NCBI GenBank assembly: GCA_035542795.1
Contig: DATKKT010000022.1
Coordinates: forward strand, 3,679 to 67,678
Reading direction: 5' to 3'
DNA length: 64,000 nucleotides
DNA from: Burkholderiales bacterium
GTDB lineage: Bacteria > Pseudomonadota > Gammaproteobacteria > Burkholderiales > SG8-39
Part shown: positions 42,768 to 51,123 of the stretch, piece after piece
Position numbering within the stretch: the stretch's first letter is position 1
Layout of the letters: each line of letters opens with the position of its first letter
The notes under the pieces: model-generated
The model's database searches: none
What the model was told of the DNA's origin: nothing
Seen by the model: the letters and a program-made list of their open reading frames with translations, nothing else
Made by a program: the position numbers and the translations under genes

Positions 42768-44861
42768 ATGGGGAGCGCTAGGGTCCGCGTGGTCGCGACA
42801 ACGGTCGCGCTTGCGCTGGCGGGGATGGCGACGCCGAAGGCCGGTGCGCAGAGCACGAGCGCGCAACCGGCGCTCGACGCGATCGTCGTCGAAGGACATC
42901 GCGACAATGGCGTCGGCACGTCGGACGCCGCGAGCGAAGGCACGGCCACGCGCAAGCTCATCGAGGACCGGCCCACGCTGAGGCCGGGTGAGGTGCTCGA
43001 GTTCGTCTCCGGCATGATCGTTTCGCAGCACAGCGGCGATGGCAAGGCCAATCAGTACTACCTGCGCGGCTTCAACCTCGACCACGGCACCGACTTCGCG
43101 ACCTGGGTTGCGGGCATGCCCGTGAACATGCGCTCGAACGCGCACGGGCAGGGCTATACGGATCTCAATTTCATGATTCCCGAGCTGATCTCGCGCATCG
43201 ACTACCGCAAGGGGCCGTATTTCGCAGATGACGGCGACTTTTCCAGCACGGGTTCGGCGCGCATCGGTTACCTCGACCGCTTCGAGCGGCCGCTCGCCTC
43301 GCTCTCGCTCGGGCAGAACGGCTACCAGCGGCTGCTCGGGGCCGGCTCGATGGTCGCTGGCGCGGGCACGCTGCTGGGCGCGGTCGAACTCAACCACTAC
43401 GACGGGCCTTGGGAGGTGCCCGAGCACTTCCGCAAGCTGAACGCGGTGCTGCGCTGGTCCCTCGCGAGCGGCGACAACCGCGTCGGCCTGACCGCGATGG
43501 GCTACGACGGGCGCTGGACCTCGACCGACCAGATTCCGAGGCGCGCCGTGGGCGAGGGGCTGATCGGCCGATTCGGCTCGCTCGACCCGACCGACGGCGG
43601 CAAGAGCTCGCGCGCCAGCCTGTCGCTAGACTGGTCGCGCGCCTACGCCGACGGCGCGCTGCAGCTGAACGCCTATGCGGTGCGCTCCCGGCTCGACCTG
43701 TTCAGCAACTTCACCTTCTTCCTCGCGCATCCCTTCGACCTGGGCGATCCGGTCGACGGCGACCAGTTCAAGCAGTCGGAGAAGCGCAGCATGATGGGCC
43801 TGAACGTCGCGCGTACCTGGACCGGCAAATTGGGCGATGCTGCGATGGTGAACAAGCTGGGACTGCAGTTGCGATATGACCACGTCAATCCGCTCGGCCT
43901 GCAGGAAACAGTGCAGCGCGAGGTTGTCGATACGGTGCGTCTGGACGATGTGAAAGAGGGCAGCGCGGCCCTGTTTGCCGAGAACTCGGTGCAATGGACG
44001 GCCTGGCTGCGCAGCGTGCTGGGCCTGCGTTTCGACCGCTACAGCTTCGACGTGGCGAGCGACAACCCGGCGAACTCGGGGAAGGTTTCGGCGCACATCA
44101 CCTCGCCCAAGTTGTCGTTCATCCTGGGCCCCTGGTCGAAGACGGAGTTCTTCGTCAACTACGGCGAGGGCTTCCACAGCAACGACGCGCGCGGCACCAC
44201 GACGCACGTGAGTCCGTCGAGCGGCATGGCAGTCGATCCCGTCACGCCGCTGGTGAAGGCGCGCGGGGGCGAGCTAGGGGCGCGCACGGAGATCATTCCC
44301 GGCCTGCAGATCTCGCTTGCGCTGTGGCGGCTGCGGCTTGCCTCGGAGCTCGTCTTCAGCGGCGATGCCGGCGATACGGAGGCGAGCCGCCCGAGCCGTC
44401 GTCAGGGTGTGGAGTGGACGAACCAGTGGATCTTCAGCCGCTACCTGCTGCTCGACCTCAACCTCGCGGCCTCCAAGGCGCGCTTCACCGAGGACGACCC
44501 GGCCGGCAACTACATCCCGGGCTCGATCGACAAGGTCGCCTCGCTGGGGCTCACGTTGACCGACTGGCAAGGCTGGTTCGGTGCGCTGCAGTGGCGCTAT
44601 TTCGGCCCGCGCCCGCTCATCGAGGACAACTCGCAGCGCTCGGCCGCCACCTCACTCGCCTACCTGCGCGTCGGCCGGCAACTCGATGAACGTGTGCGGC
44701 TGAGCCTGGACGTCTTCAATCTCTTCAACCGCAGGGCGAGCGACATCGACTATTTCTACACGTCGCGCCTGCGAGGCGAGCCGGCTGCGGGCGCGGACGA
44801 CATCCATTTCCACCCCGTCGAGTCGCGCACGTTGCGGCTCGCGCTGCAAGTGCGCTTCTGA
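42768..44861 (+). CDS. TonB-dependent outer-membrane receptor
   Basis: Signal peptide, plug domain (LDAIVVEGHR...YYLRGFNLDHGTDF), a long beta-barrel, and a C-terminal ...LALQVRF. Confidence 0.85.
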   Translation: MGSARVRVVATTVALALAGMATPKAGAQSTSAQPALDAIVVEGHRDNGVGTSDAASEGTATRKLIEDRPTLRPGEVLEFVSGMIVSQHSGDGKANQYYLRGFNLDHGTDFATWVAGMPVNMRSNAHGQGYTDLNFMIPELISRIDYRKGPYFADDGDFSSTGSARIGYLDRFERPLASLSLGQNGYQRLLGAGSMVAGAGTLLGAVELNHYDGPWEVPEHFRKLNAVLRWSLASGDNRVGLTAMGYDGRWTSTDQIPRRAVGEGLIGRFGSLDPTDGGKSSRASLSLDWSRAYADGALQLNAYAVRSRLDLFSNFTFFLAHPFDLGDPVDGDQFKQSEKRSMMGLNVARTWTGKLGDAAMVNKLGLQLRYDHVNPLGLQETVQREVVDTVRLDDVKEGSAALFAENSVQWTAWLRSVLGLRFDRYSFDVASDNPANSGKVSAHITSPKLSFILGPWSKTEFFVNYGEGFHSNDARGTTTHVSPSSGMAVDPVTPLVKARGGELGARTEIIPGLQISLALWRLRLASELVFSGDAGDTEASRPSRRQGVEWTNQWIFSRYLLLDLNLAASKARFTEDDPAGNYIPGSIDKVASLGLTLTDWQGWFGALQWRYFGPRPLIEDNSQRSAATSLAYLRVGRQLDERVRLSLDVFNLFNRRASDIDYFYTSRLRGEPAAGADDIHFHPVESRTLRLALQVRF

Positions 44862-44862
44862 G

Positions 44863-45324
44863 CTAGCTGCGAGGCTTGAGGTGGTGGTGGGCGGCGCCGT
44901 GCGCGTGCCGGTGCGGCGCGGTCGGCTCGACGCTCACCGGGTGCAACCGGCCGTGCCGCACGCCGCGGATCGCGGTGAGCGCATCAGCGAATCGGCGCAC
45001 CTCTTCGGTATGTCCCCGCAGCATCACCGTCTCCATGCAGTTGTCGTGGTCAATGTGCATGTGCATCGCCGACACCACGAGGTCGTGATGCTCGTGTTGC
45101 AGGCCGGCGATGCGCTCGACCAGCTGCCGCTGGTGGTGCTTATAGACATAAGTCAGCGCCGCGACGCAATGCTCGGACTCTCCGGCAGCGGCGCGGTCCT
45201 CCTCGATGCGCGCGCGCAGGATGTCGCGCAGCGCCTCCGAGCGGCTCGCGTAGCCGAGCCGTCCCACCAGCCGGTCGAAATCGACCGCGAGCCTGTCGTC
45301 GAGCGATATCGTGAAACGTTCCAC
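44863..45324 (-). CDS. nikR: Nickel-responsive regulator NikR
   Basis: Ribbon-helix-helix MERFTISLDDRL...YASRSEALRDILR. Ni-binding His/Cys cluster (HCVAALTYVYKHH...HMHIDHDNC) and a His-rich tail. GTG start with AGGAGG. Confidence 0.9.
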   Translation of the reverse strand: MERFTISLDDRLAVDFDRLVGRLGYASRSEALRDILRARIEEDRAAAGESEHCVAALTYVYKHHQRQLVERIAGLQHEHHDLVVSAMHMHIDHDNCMETVMLRGHTEEVRRFADALTAIRGVRHGRLHPVSVEPTAPHRHAHGAAHHHLKPRS

Positions 45325-45340
45325 GTGCGCCTCCTGAAAT

Positions 45341-45369
45341 GCAACGGGGCCCGCGAAGGGCCCCGTTGC
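45341..45369 (-). terminator. GC-rich hairpin after the PuuD-like gene, upstream of nikR
   Basis: GCAACGGGGCCC-GCGAA-GGGCCCCGTTGC, a 12-bp stem. On the minus strand it is followed by ATTTCAGGAGG, with only a weak U-tract. Confidence 0.5.
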
Positions 45370-45393
45370 GGGTACGCGAGCGTTGGTCGTACC

Positions 45394-45978
45394 TTAGAAG
45401 CCGCCGTGCGACTGCGCCGCCATGCAGTACAGCATCGGGATGGACAGCATGGTGTTGATGCGCGAGGTCATCCCGGCCATCTTCGCAGCCGCGGCCTTGG
45501 CGGTCGCGTCCACGGTGACGATTCCGAGCACCTTCTTCTGGTTCGGCCAGATGATGAACCAGACGTTGAACGCCATGATGAGGCCCAGCCACATGCCGAA
45601 GCCGATCGCGCGCGCGCCCGGCGCGAGCGAGAGCGCCGGCGCGAGGAAGCCGAGCATCCAGGCGAGCAGCAGGCCGGTGACCACGGTCGACGCCGCCGCC
45701 CAGCGGAACCAGAACAGCGCGCGCGGCGCGATCACCTTGCTCACGGCGGGCTTCTGCTCGTCCGGGATCTGCGGCATCGACGGCGTCTGCACGAAGTTGA
45801 AGTACCAGAGCAGGCCGATCCACATGACACCGGAGAGGATGTGCAGCCAGCGCATGAAGAACGTCCAATAGGCGTGCCCGCCCATCATGCCGAAGGTGTT
45901 GGCGACCAGCATCATCGCGACGAGGATGACGATGCCGGCGATGATCGTGCGGCCGAGAGACTGGAAGAAAGCGCCCAT
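45394..45978 (-). CDS. Urate hydroxylase PuuD N-terminal-domain-like membrane protein (no cytochrome c domain)
   Basis: 194 aa. HILSGVMWIGLLWYFNFVQ pattern. AAGGAGG SD before the ATG at 45978 (codon 41 of the listed ORF). Confidence 0.55.
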   Translation of the reverse strand: MGAFFQSLGRTIIAGIVILVAMMLVANTFGMMGGHAYWTFFMRWLHILSGVMWIGLLWYFNFVQTPSMPQIPDEQKPAVSKVIAPRALFWFRWAAASTVVTGLLLAWMLGFLAPALSLAPGARAIGFGMWLGLIMAFNVWFIIWPNQKKVLGIVTVDATAKAAAAKMAGMTSRINTMLSIPMLYCMAAQSHGGF

Positions 45979-46021
45979 CAGTTCCTCCTTCTTGTGTTCT
46001 GTGCGGAGGGCGAAAAGTCTA

Positions 46022-47086
46022 TCACTCCCGGCGCAGGCCTGCCGCCGCGGCGCGCGCGGGCGCCGCCTCCAGGCCGCGGCTGTACGCCGACATCGCATAG
46101 CAAAACAGGAAATAGACGAGCGAGGCGATCAGGTAGGCCTCGACGCCGAAGCCGGACCAGGCCGGATCCTGCAGAGAGACCTTGATGGTGCTGAGGAAAT
46201 CAAACAGGCCAATGATCAGCACCAGCGAGGTGTCCTTGAAGAAGCCGATGAAGGTGTTCACGAGCGGCGCGATCGACAGGCGCAGCGCCTGCGGCAGCAC
46301 CACGTGCAGCATCGCCTGCCGGTAGGACAGGCCGAGCGCCTCGGCCGCCTCGACCTGGGGGCGCGGCACCGCCTGCAGGCCGCCTCGCACCACCTCGGCG
46401 AGATAGGCGGCCGCGAACAGCACCAGCGCCAGCTGCGCGCGCAGCAGCTTGTCGATCGTCGCGCCCGCAGGCAGGAACAGCGGCAGCATCACCGAGGCCA
46501 TGAACAGCACCGAAATCAGCGGCACGCCGCGGACGAGCTCGATGGTGCCGACGCAGGCGTAGCGCAGCACCGGCAGCCGCGAACGGCGCCCGAGCGCGAG
46601 CAGGATCGAGAGCGGAAACGCGAACGCGATGCCGAAGCTCGCGAGCAGCAGCGTCAGGATCAGCCCGCCCCAGCGCTCGTTCTCCACATAGGGCAGGCCG
46701 AGGACGCCGCCCCACATCAGCGCGCCGATGAGCGCGAGGCCGGCGAGCCAGACCGCCGCGAGCCACCAATGCCAGCATCTTCTGAATGACGAGCAAAACC
46801 AGAGAAGGATCAGCAGCACGCTCGCCGCCGCCGGCCGCCAGTGCTGCTCGAACGGGTAGGTGCCGAACAGGATGAAACGGTGCTTCTGGCCGATGAACGC
46901 CCAGCAGGCGCCGTGCGCCTCCCGGCAGGCGCGCGGGTCGGACGCCTGCCAGACCGCCTGCGCGAACGCCCAGTCGAGAAACGGCGGCAGCCAGCGCGCG
47001 GCGAGCCAAAGGATCGCCAGTGTCGCGAGCGCGCTCGGCCAGCTGGAGAACAGGCTGCGCCGGATCCAGTGCAGGGGACCGCTCAC
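46022..47086 (-). CDS. Polar amino acid ABC transporter permease (AapM-like)
   Basis: GVPLISVLFMASVMLP and the EAA loop EAAEALGLSYRQAMLHVVLPQAL. GTG start overlaps the upstream stop (GTGA). Confidence 0.8.
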   Translation of the reverse strand: MSGPLHWIRRSLFSSWPSALATLAILWLAARWLPPFLDWAFAQAVWQASDPRACREAHGACWAFIGQKHRFILFGTYPFEQHWRPAAASVLLILLWFCSSFRRCWHWWLAAVWLAGLALIGALMWGGVLGLPYVENERWGGLILTLLLASFGIAFAFPLSILLALGRRSRLPVLRYACVGTIELVRGVPLISVLFMASVMLPLFLPAGATIDKLLRAQLALVLFAAAYLAEVVRGGLQAVPRPQVEAAEALGLSYRQAMLHVVLPQALRLSIAPLVNTFIGFFKDTSLVLIIGLFDFLSTIKVSLQDPAWSGFGVEAYLIASLVYFLFCYAMSAYSRGLEAAPARAAAAGLRRE

Positions 47087-48030
47087 GGCGCCATCCCGCG
47101 CAGCGCGGCGCGGCGGTTGTACCAGTTCATGAACGCGGAGATCGACAAGCTGATGGTGAGGAACACCGCCATGATGACGGCGACGCCCTCGATCGCCTGG
47201 CCCGTCTGGTTCATCGTCGTGTTGGCGATCGAGACGAGATCCGGATAGCCGATCGCCACCGCAAGCGAGCTGTTCTTGGCGAGATTGAGGTACTGGCTGG
47301 TCAGCGGCGGCACCATCAGGCGCAGCGCCTGCGGCAGGACGACGTGGCGCAGCTCGGCGCGGCGTTCCAGCCCGAGCGAGCGCGCCGCGTCGCGCTGGCC
47401 GCGCGACACCGAAAGGATGCCGGCGCGCACGATCTCGGCGATGAAGGCCGCGGTGTAGGTGGCGAGGCCTGCGAGCAGCGCCGCGAACTCCGGGCTGAGG
47501 CCGGCGCCGCCGGCGAAATTGAAGCCGGAGAGCTGCGGCACGCTGCCGGGCAGCGGAAAGAAGATGCCGCGGTTGGACAGGAACAGCCCGGGCAGCGGCT
47601 GCAGCGCGTCGGCGGGCGCAGGCAGGCTTTCCGTGATCAGCGCGTACCAGAAGAACAGCTGCACGAGCAGCGGGATGTTGCGCAGCGTCTCGACGTAGGC
47701 GCTGGCGAGCCGGGCGAGCAGCCAGTTCGGGGCGAGGCGCGCGAGGCCGATCGCCGCGCCGAGCGCGGTGGCGAGCACGATGCCGAGCGCGGCGACGCGG
47801 AAGGTATTGGCGAGCCCGACCGCGAGCGCGCGCAGGTAGCTGTCCGCCGCGCTGTACGCGAGCAGGCCGGTCTCGCCGATCTCGAAGCCCGCCTCGCGCC
47901 GCAGGAACGCGAAGCCGCTCGCGATGCCGCGCGCGGTGAGGTTGGCCGCCGCGTTCGAATAGAGCCACCAGGCGAGCAGCGCAAGGGCGGCGGCGAGCGC
48001 CGCCTGCAGGGCGAGCCCGCGCGCTTTCAA
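47083..48030 (-). CDS. Polar amino acid ABC transporter permease (AapQ-like)
   Basis: RNIPLLVQLFFWY and the EAA loop DAARSLGLERRAELRHVVLPQAL. The TTG start as listed is uncertain. Confidence 0.75.
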   Translation of the reverse strand: MKARGLALQAALAAALALLAWWLYSNAAANLTARGIASGFAFLRREAGFEIGETGLLAYSAADSYLRALAVGLANTFRVAALGIVLATALGAAIGLARLAPNWLLARLASAYVETLRNIPLLVQLFFWYALITESLPAPADALQPLPGLFLSNRGIFFPLPGSVPQLSGFNFAGGAGLSPEFAALLAGLATYTAAFIAEIVRAGILSVSRGQRDAARSLGLERRAELRHVVLPQALRLMVPPLTSQYLNLAKNSSLAVAIGYPDLVSIANTTMNQTGQAIEGVAVIMAVFLTISLSISAFMNWYNRRAALRGMAP

Positions 48031-48031
48031 G

Positions 48032-49048
48032 CTACCGGACCGGCGGCGCGTACATCAACCCGCCCTGGGTCCAGAGCTTGTTCAGGCCGCGCTCGAAGCC
48101 GAGCGGCTTCAGGTTCGCGTCGAAGGACTCGCCGTAGTTGCCGACCTGCTTGACGATGTTGGCCGCCCAGCGGTTGTCCAGTCCCAGCATCTTGCCGATG
48201 TCGCCGGTGGCGCCGACGAAGCGCTGGATCGACGGATTCGGGCTGCCGGCCTGCTGCTCGATGTTCTTCGAGCTCAAGCCCAGCTCCTCGGCCTCGATCA
48301 TCGCGTAGAGCGACCACTTGACGATGTCGAACCAGCGGTCGTCGCCGTGGCGCACCGCGGGCCCGAGCGGCTCCTTGGAGATCACCTCGGGCAGGATGAC
48401 GTGCTCGGCGGGCCTGGGCGCGCGCGAGGCGCGCACCGCCACCAGGCCCGAGACGTCCGTGGTGTAGACGTCGCAACGCCCGCTGAAGTACGCGTTGAGC
48501 ACCTCCTCGAGCTTCTCGATCACCACCGGCTTGAACTTCATGTTGTGGGTGCGGAAATAGTCCGCGAGGTTGAGCTCGGTGGTGGTGCCGGGCTGCACGC
48601 AGACCGTGGCGCCGTTCAGCTGCCTCGCGCTCTTCACCTTCTTCTTCGCCGGCACCATGAAGCCCTGGCCGTCGTAGTAGATGATGCCGACGAAGTTGAG
48701 GCCGAGGCTCGTGTCGCGCGTGATCGTCCAGGTGGTGTTGCGCGAGAGGATGTCGACCTCGCCCGACTGCAGCGCGGTGAAGCGCTGCTGCGCGGTGAGC
48801 GGCGTGTAGCGCACCTTCGCGGCGTCGCCGAACACCGCAGCGGCGACCGCGCGGCACAGGTCGACGTCGATGCCCTTCCAGACGCCCTGCGAGTCCGGCT
48901 GCGAGAAGCCGGCGAGGCCGACGTTCACGCCGCACTGCACGTAGCCCTTCTTCTGCACCGCCTCCAGCGTCGATTGCGCGCGCGCCGCACCGGCACAGAG
49001 CACGGCGCCGAGAGCGAATGCGAGGGCGCGAGAGGGATTCATGGTCAT
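48032..49048 (-). CDS. Amino acid ABC transporter periplasmic binding protein (AapJ-like)
   Basis: Signal peptide MTMNPSRALAFALGAVLCAGAARA. KKGYVQCGVNVGLAGFS is typical of general L-amino-acid binding proteins. GGAGGAGG SD. ATGA overlap with the upstream gene. Confidence 0.8.
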   Translation of the reverse strand: MTMNPSRALAFALGAVLCAGAARAQSTLEAVQKKGYVQCGVNVGLAGFSQPDSQGVWKGIDVDLCRAVAAAVFGDAAKVRYTPLTAQQRFTALQSGEVDILSRNTTWTITRDTSLGLNFVGIIYYDGQGFMVPAKKKVKSARQLNGATVCVQPGTTTELNLADYFRTHNMKFKPVVIEKLEEVLNAYFSGRCDVYTTDVSGLVAVRASRAPRPAEHVILPEVISKEPLGPAVRHGDDRWFDIVKWSLYAMIEAEELGLSSKNIEQQAGSPNPSIQRFVGATGDIGKMLGLDNRWAANIVKQVGNYGESFDANLKPLGFERGLNKLWTQGGLMYAPPVR

Positions 49049-49464
49049 CCTCCTCCGATCGAGTTCAGCAGTCCGGACACGGCCAGCAGCATCACCGCGA
49101 TCTGCGCGGCCGCGAGCGCGGCATACAGCCGCTCGCCGCGGCGCAGAAAGCCGCGCAGCGCTTGCGCATAGCAGACGACGGTGATCGACGCGAGCAGCGC
49201 GATGCCGATGAAGTTCACGTAGTCGCCGCGGCCGGCAAGCGCCACCCAGCCCCAGCCCGAAGGCACGCGCGCCGCCGCGAGGTATTCCGCCATCGACATG
49301 TGCCACAGCCGCGGCAGCTCCTTGAGCGGCACGTAGGGCGAGAGCGCGCCCGAGAGGTAGGCGATCAGCTCGACGACGATCACCGCCAGCGCGACGCGCG
49401 CGCCGATGGCCGCGCAGCGCGCGTAATCGGCGCTCGCTGCCTGCTCGCGCTGATTCAGGTCCAC
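49045..49464 (-). CDS. DUF1634-like small membrane protein
   Basis: In-frame GTG at 49464 overlaps the TauE stop by 10 nt. Three or four TM helices. The usual genomic partner of TauE/SafE permeases. Start is uncertain. Confidence 0.5.
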   Translation of the reverse strand: MDLNQREQAASADYARCAAIGARVALAVIVVELIAYLSGALSPYVPLKELPRLWHMSMAEYLAAARVPSGWGWVALAGRGDYVNFIGIALLASITVVCYAQALRGFLRRGERLYAALAAAQIAVMLLAVSGLLNSIGGG

Positions 49465-50321
49465 AGGCCGAGTCCCTTCAGCAACACGCGCACGCCGGCA
49501 AACAGCAGCAGCGCGATCACCGCGAAGCGGATCTGCCGGGCCGGCATGACGCGGAACAGCCGGGCGCCGGCCTGCGCTCCCAGCATCACGCCGAGCAGCG
49601 ACGGCGCGACGATCACCGGCAGCATCGACCCCTTCAGGAAGTAGACCCAGGCGGCCGGCGCGTTCACGACCGAGATCACGAGGCCGCTCGTGCCCGCGGC
49701 GAGCTTGAGCGGCACGCCCATCAGCAGGTTGAACGCGGGAACGTTCGCCCAGCCCGCACCCAGCCCGAACAGGCCGCCGACGAAGCCGATGGCGCTGAAC
49801 GCGAGCAGGCCGGGCACGACGCGGCCCGCGTGCCAGGACGTGCGCTCGCCGGAGGCCGGATCGGTGTAGCTGCCGTGCAGGCCGAGCGCGGCCGCGAGCG
49901 GGTCGCTGCCGGGCGCGTGCGCGCGGGCGGACGGCGAGAGCAGCATGAGTCCGGTGATCAGCAGGATCAGCACGCCCAGCGAGGTCTCGAGCGCGTGCGT
50001 CGGCACGGCGAAGCTCGCGAGCGCGCCGGCGATCGAGAACAGCGAGCCGGCGAGCGACACCGGGATCGCCAGGCGCAGGTTCGCCAGCCCGTCGCGCAGC
50101 AGGCGCGGGGCCGCCGCGAGCGCGCCGGCGAGCGCGAGCAGCACGCCGGCGCCGCGCACGAAGTCGAGGTGAAACGGAAAAAAGCTGCCGACGATGGGCA
50201 CGAACAGCACGCCGCCGCCGACGCCGGCGATGACCGCGACGATGCCGAGAAGGAACGTCACGAAGAAGAGCGCGAGCGGCCAGATCCACCAGGCGATGGC
50301 GGCGGTGTTTGCAGCGTGCAT
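49455..50321 (-). CDS. TauE/SafE family (sulfite/organosulfonate exporter-like) permease
   Basis: GVGGGVLFVPI motif repeated in both halves. 288 aa and hydrophobic. Confidence 0.8.
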   Translation of the reverse strand: MHAANTAAIAWWIWPLALFFVTFLLGIVAVIAGVGGGVLFVPIVGSFFPFHLDFVRGAGVLLALAGALAAAPRLLRDGLANLRLAIPVSLAGSLFSIAGALASFAVPTHALETSLGVLILLITGLMLLSPSARAHAPGSDPLAAALGLHGSYTDPASGERTSWHAGRVVPGLLAFSAIGFVGGLFGLGAGWANVPAFNLLMGVPLKLAAGTSGLVISVVNAPAAWVYFLKGSMLPVIVAPSLLGVMLGAQAGARLFRVMPARQIRFAVIALLLFAGVRVLLKGLGLWT

Positions 50322-50340
50322 TTCGCGCTATGCTAACCCG

Positions 50341-51123
50341 ATGCCGAAGCTCGCCGCCAATCTATCGCTGCTTTTTCCGCAGCTGCCGTTCCTCGAGCGC
50401 TTCGCGGCGGCGCGCAAGGCGGGCTTTCGCTACGTCGAGTACCAGTTTCCGTACGCGCTCGGCAGCGCGCGCGAGGTGGCCGACGCCGCGCGCGCGGCGG
50501 GCGTCGAGGTCGTGCTGCACAATCTGCCGGCGGGCGACGCGGCCAAGGGCGACCGCGGCATCGCCTGCCAGCCCGAGCGCGCGAGCGAGTTTCGCGAGGG
50601 CGTCGAGCGCGCCATCGAATACGCCAAGGCCGCCGGCTGTCCGCGCCTGAACGCGCTGGCCGGCATTCCCGCCCAGGGACTGGACCGGGAACGGGCGAGG
50701 CAGACGCTGATCGAGAATCTTCGCCATGCCGCGGGAAAGCTCGAGGCCGCGGGCCTCACGCTGCTCACCGAGCCCTGCAACCCGCGCACGATCCCGGGCT
50801 TCTTCCTGACGAGCTCGCGCCAGGGCATCGAAGTGATCGACGCCGTCGGCGCCGGCAACCTCATGCTGCAATACGACCTGTTCCACATGCAGATCGTCGA
50901 GGGCGATCTCGCCAGGACGATGGAGCGCCTGCTCGCGCGCATCGGCCACATGCAGATCGCCGACGTGCCGGATCGCCACGAGCCCGGCACGGGCGAGCTC
51001 AACTTCGGCTTCCTGCTCGCGCACATGGACCGCATCGGCTACCGCGGCTGGGTCGGCGCCGAGTACGTGCCCAGGGGTGACACCCTCGAAGGCCTGAAAT
51101 GGGCAGCGGCTTACCTCAAGTAG
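50341..51123 (+). CDS. hyi: Hydroxypyruvate isomerase
   Basis: MPKLAANLSLLF...FRYVEYQFPY...HNLPAGD...GIACQP...HMQIADVPDRHEPGTGELN aligns by eye with E. coli Hyi. Confidence 0.85.
   Translation: MPKLAANLSLLFPQLPFLERFAAARKAGFRYVEYQFPYALGSAREVADAARAAGVEVVLHNLPAGDAAKGDRGIACQPERASEFREGVERAIEYAKAAGCPRLNALAGIPAQGLDRERARQTLIENLRHAAGKLEAAGLTLLTEPCNPRTIPGFFLTSSRQGIEVIDAVGAGNLMLQYDLFHMQIVEGDLARTMERLLARIGHMQIADVPDRHEPGTGELNFGFLLAHMDRIGYRGWVGAEYVPRGDTLEGLKWAAAYLK

Noticed and set aside
45371-45393. GGTACG-N11-CGTACC dyad just downstream of the PuuD-like stop, considered as a NikR autoregulatory site
   Set aside because: Its half-sites and spacing differ from the GTATGA-N16-TCATAC type found at 42713. 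A 6-bp dyad in GC-rich DNA can occur by chance, and it sits beside a terminator hairpin.
51099-51123. 25-nt overlap of glcD with hyi as evidence of a frameshift or fusion
   Set aside because: Both frames give full-length family-typical proteins. The overlap most likely reflects uncertainty about the true glcD start codon rather than a pseudogene.
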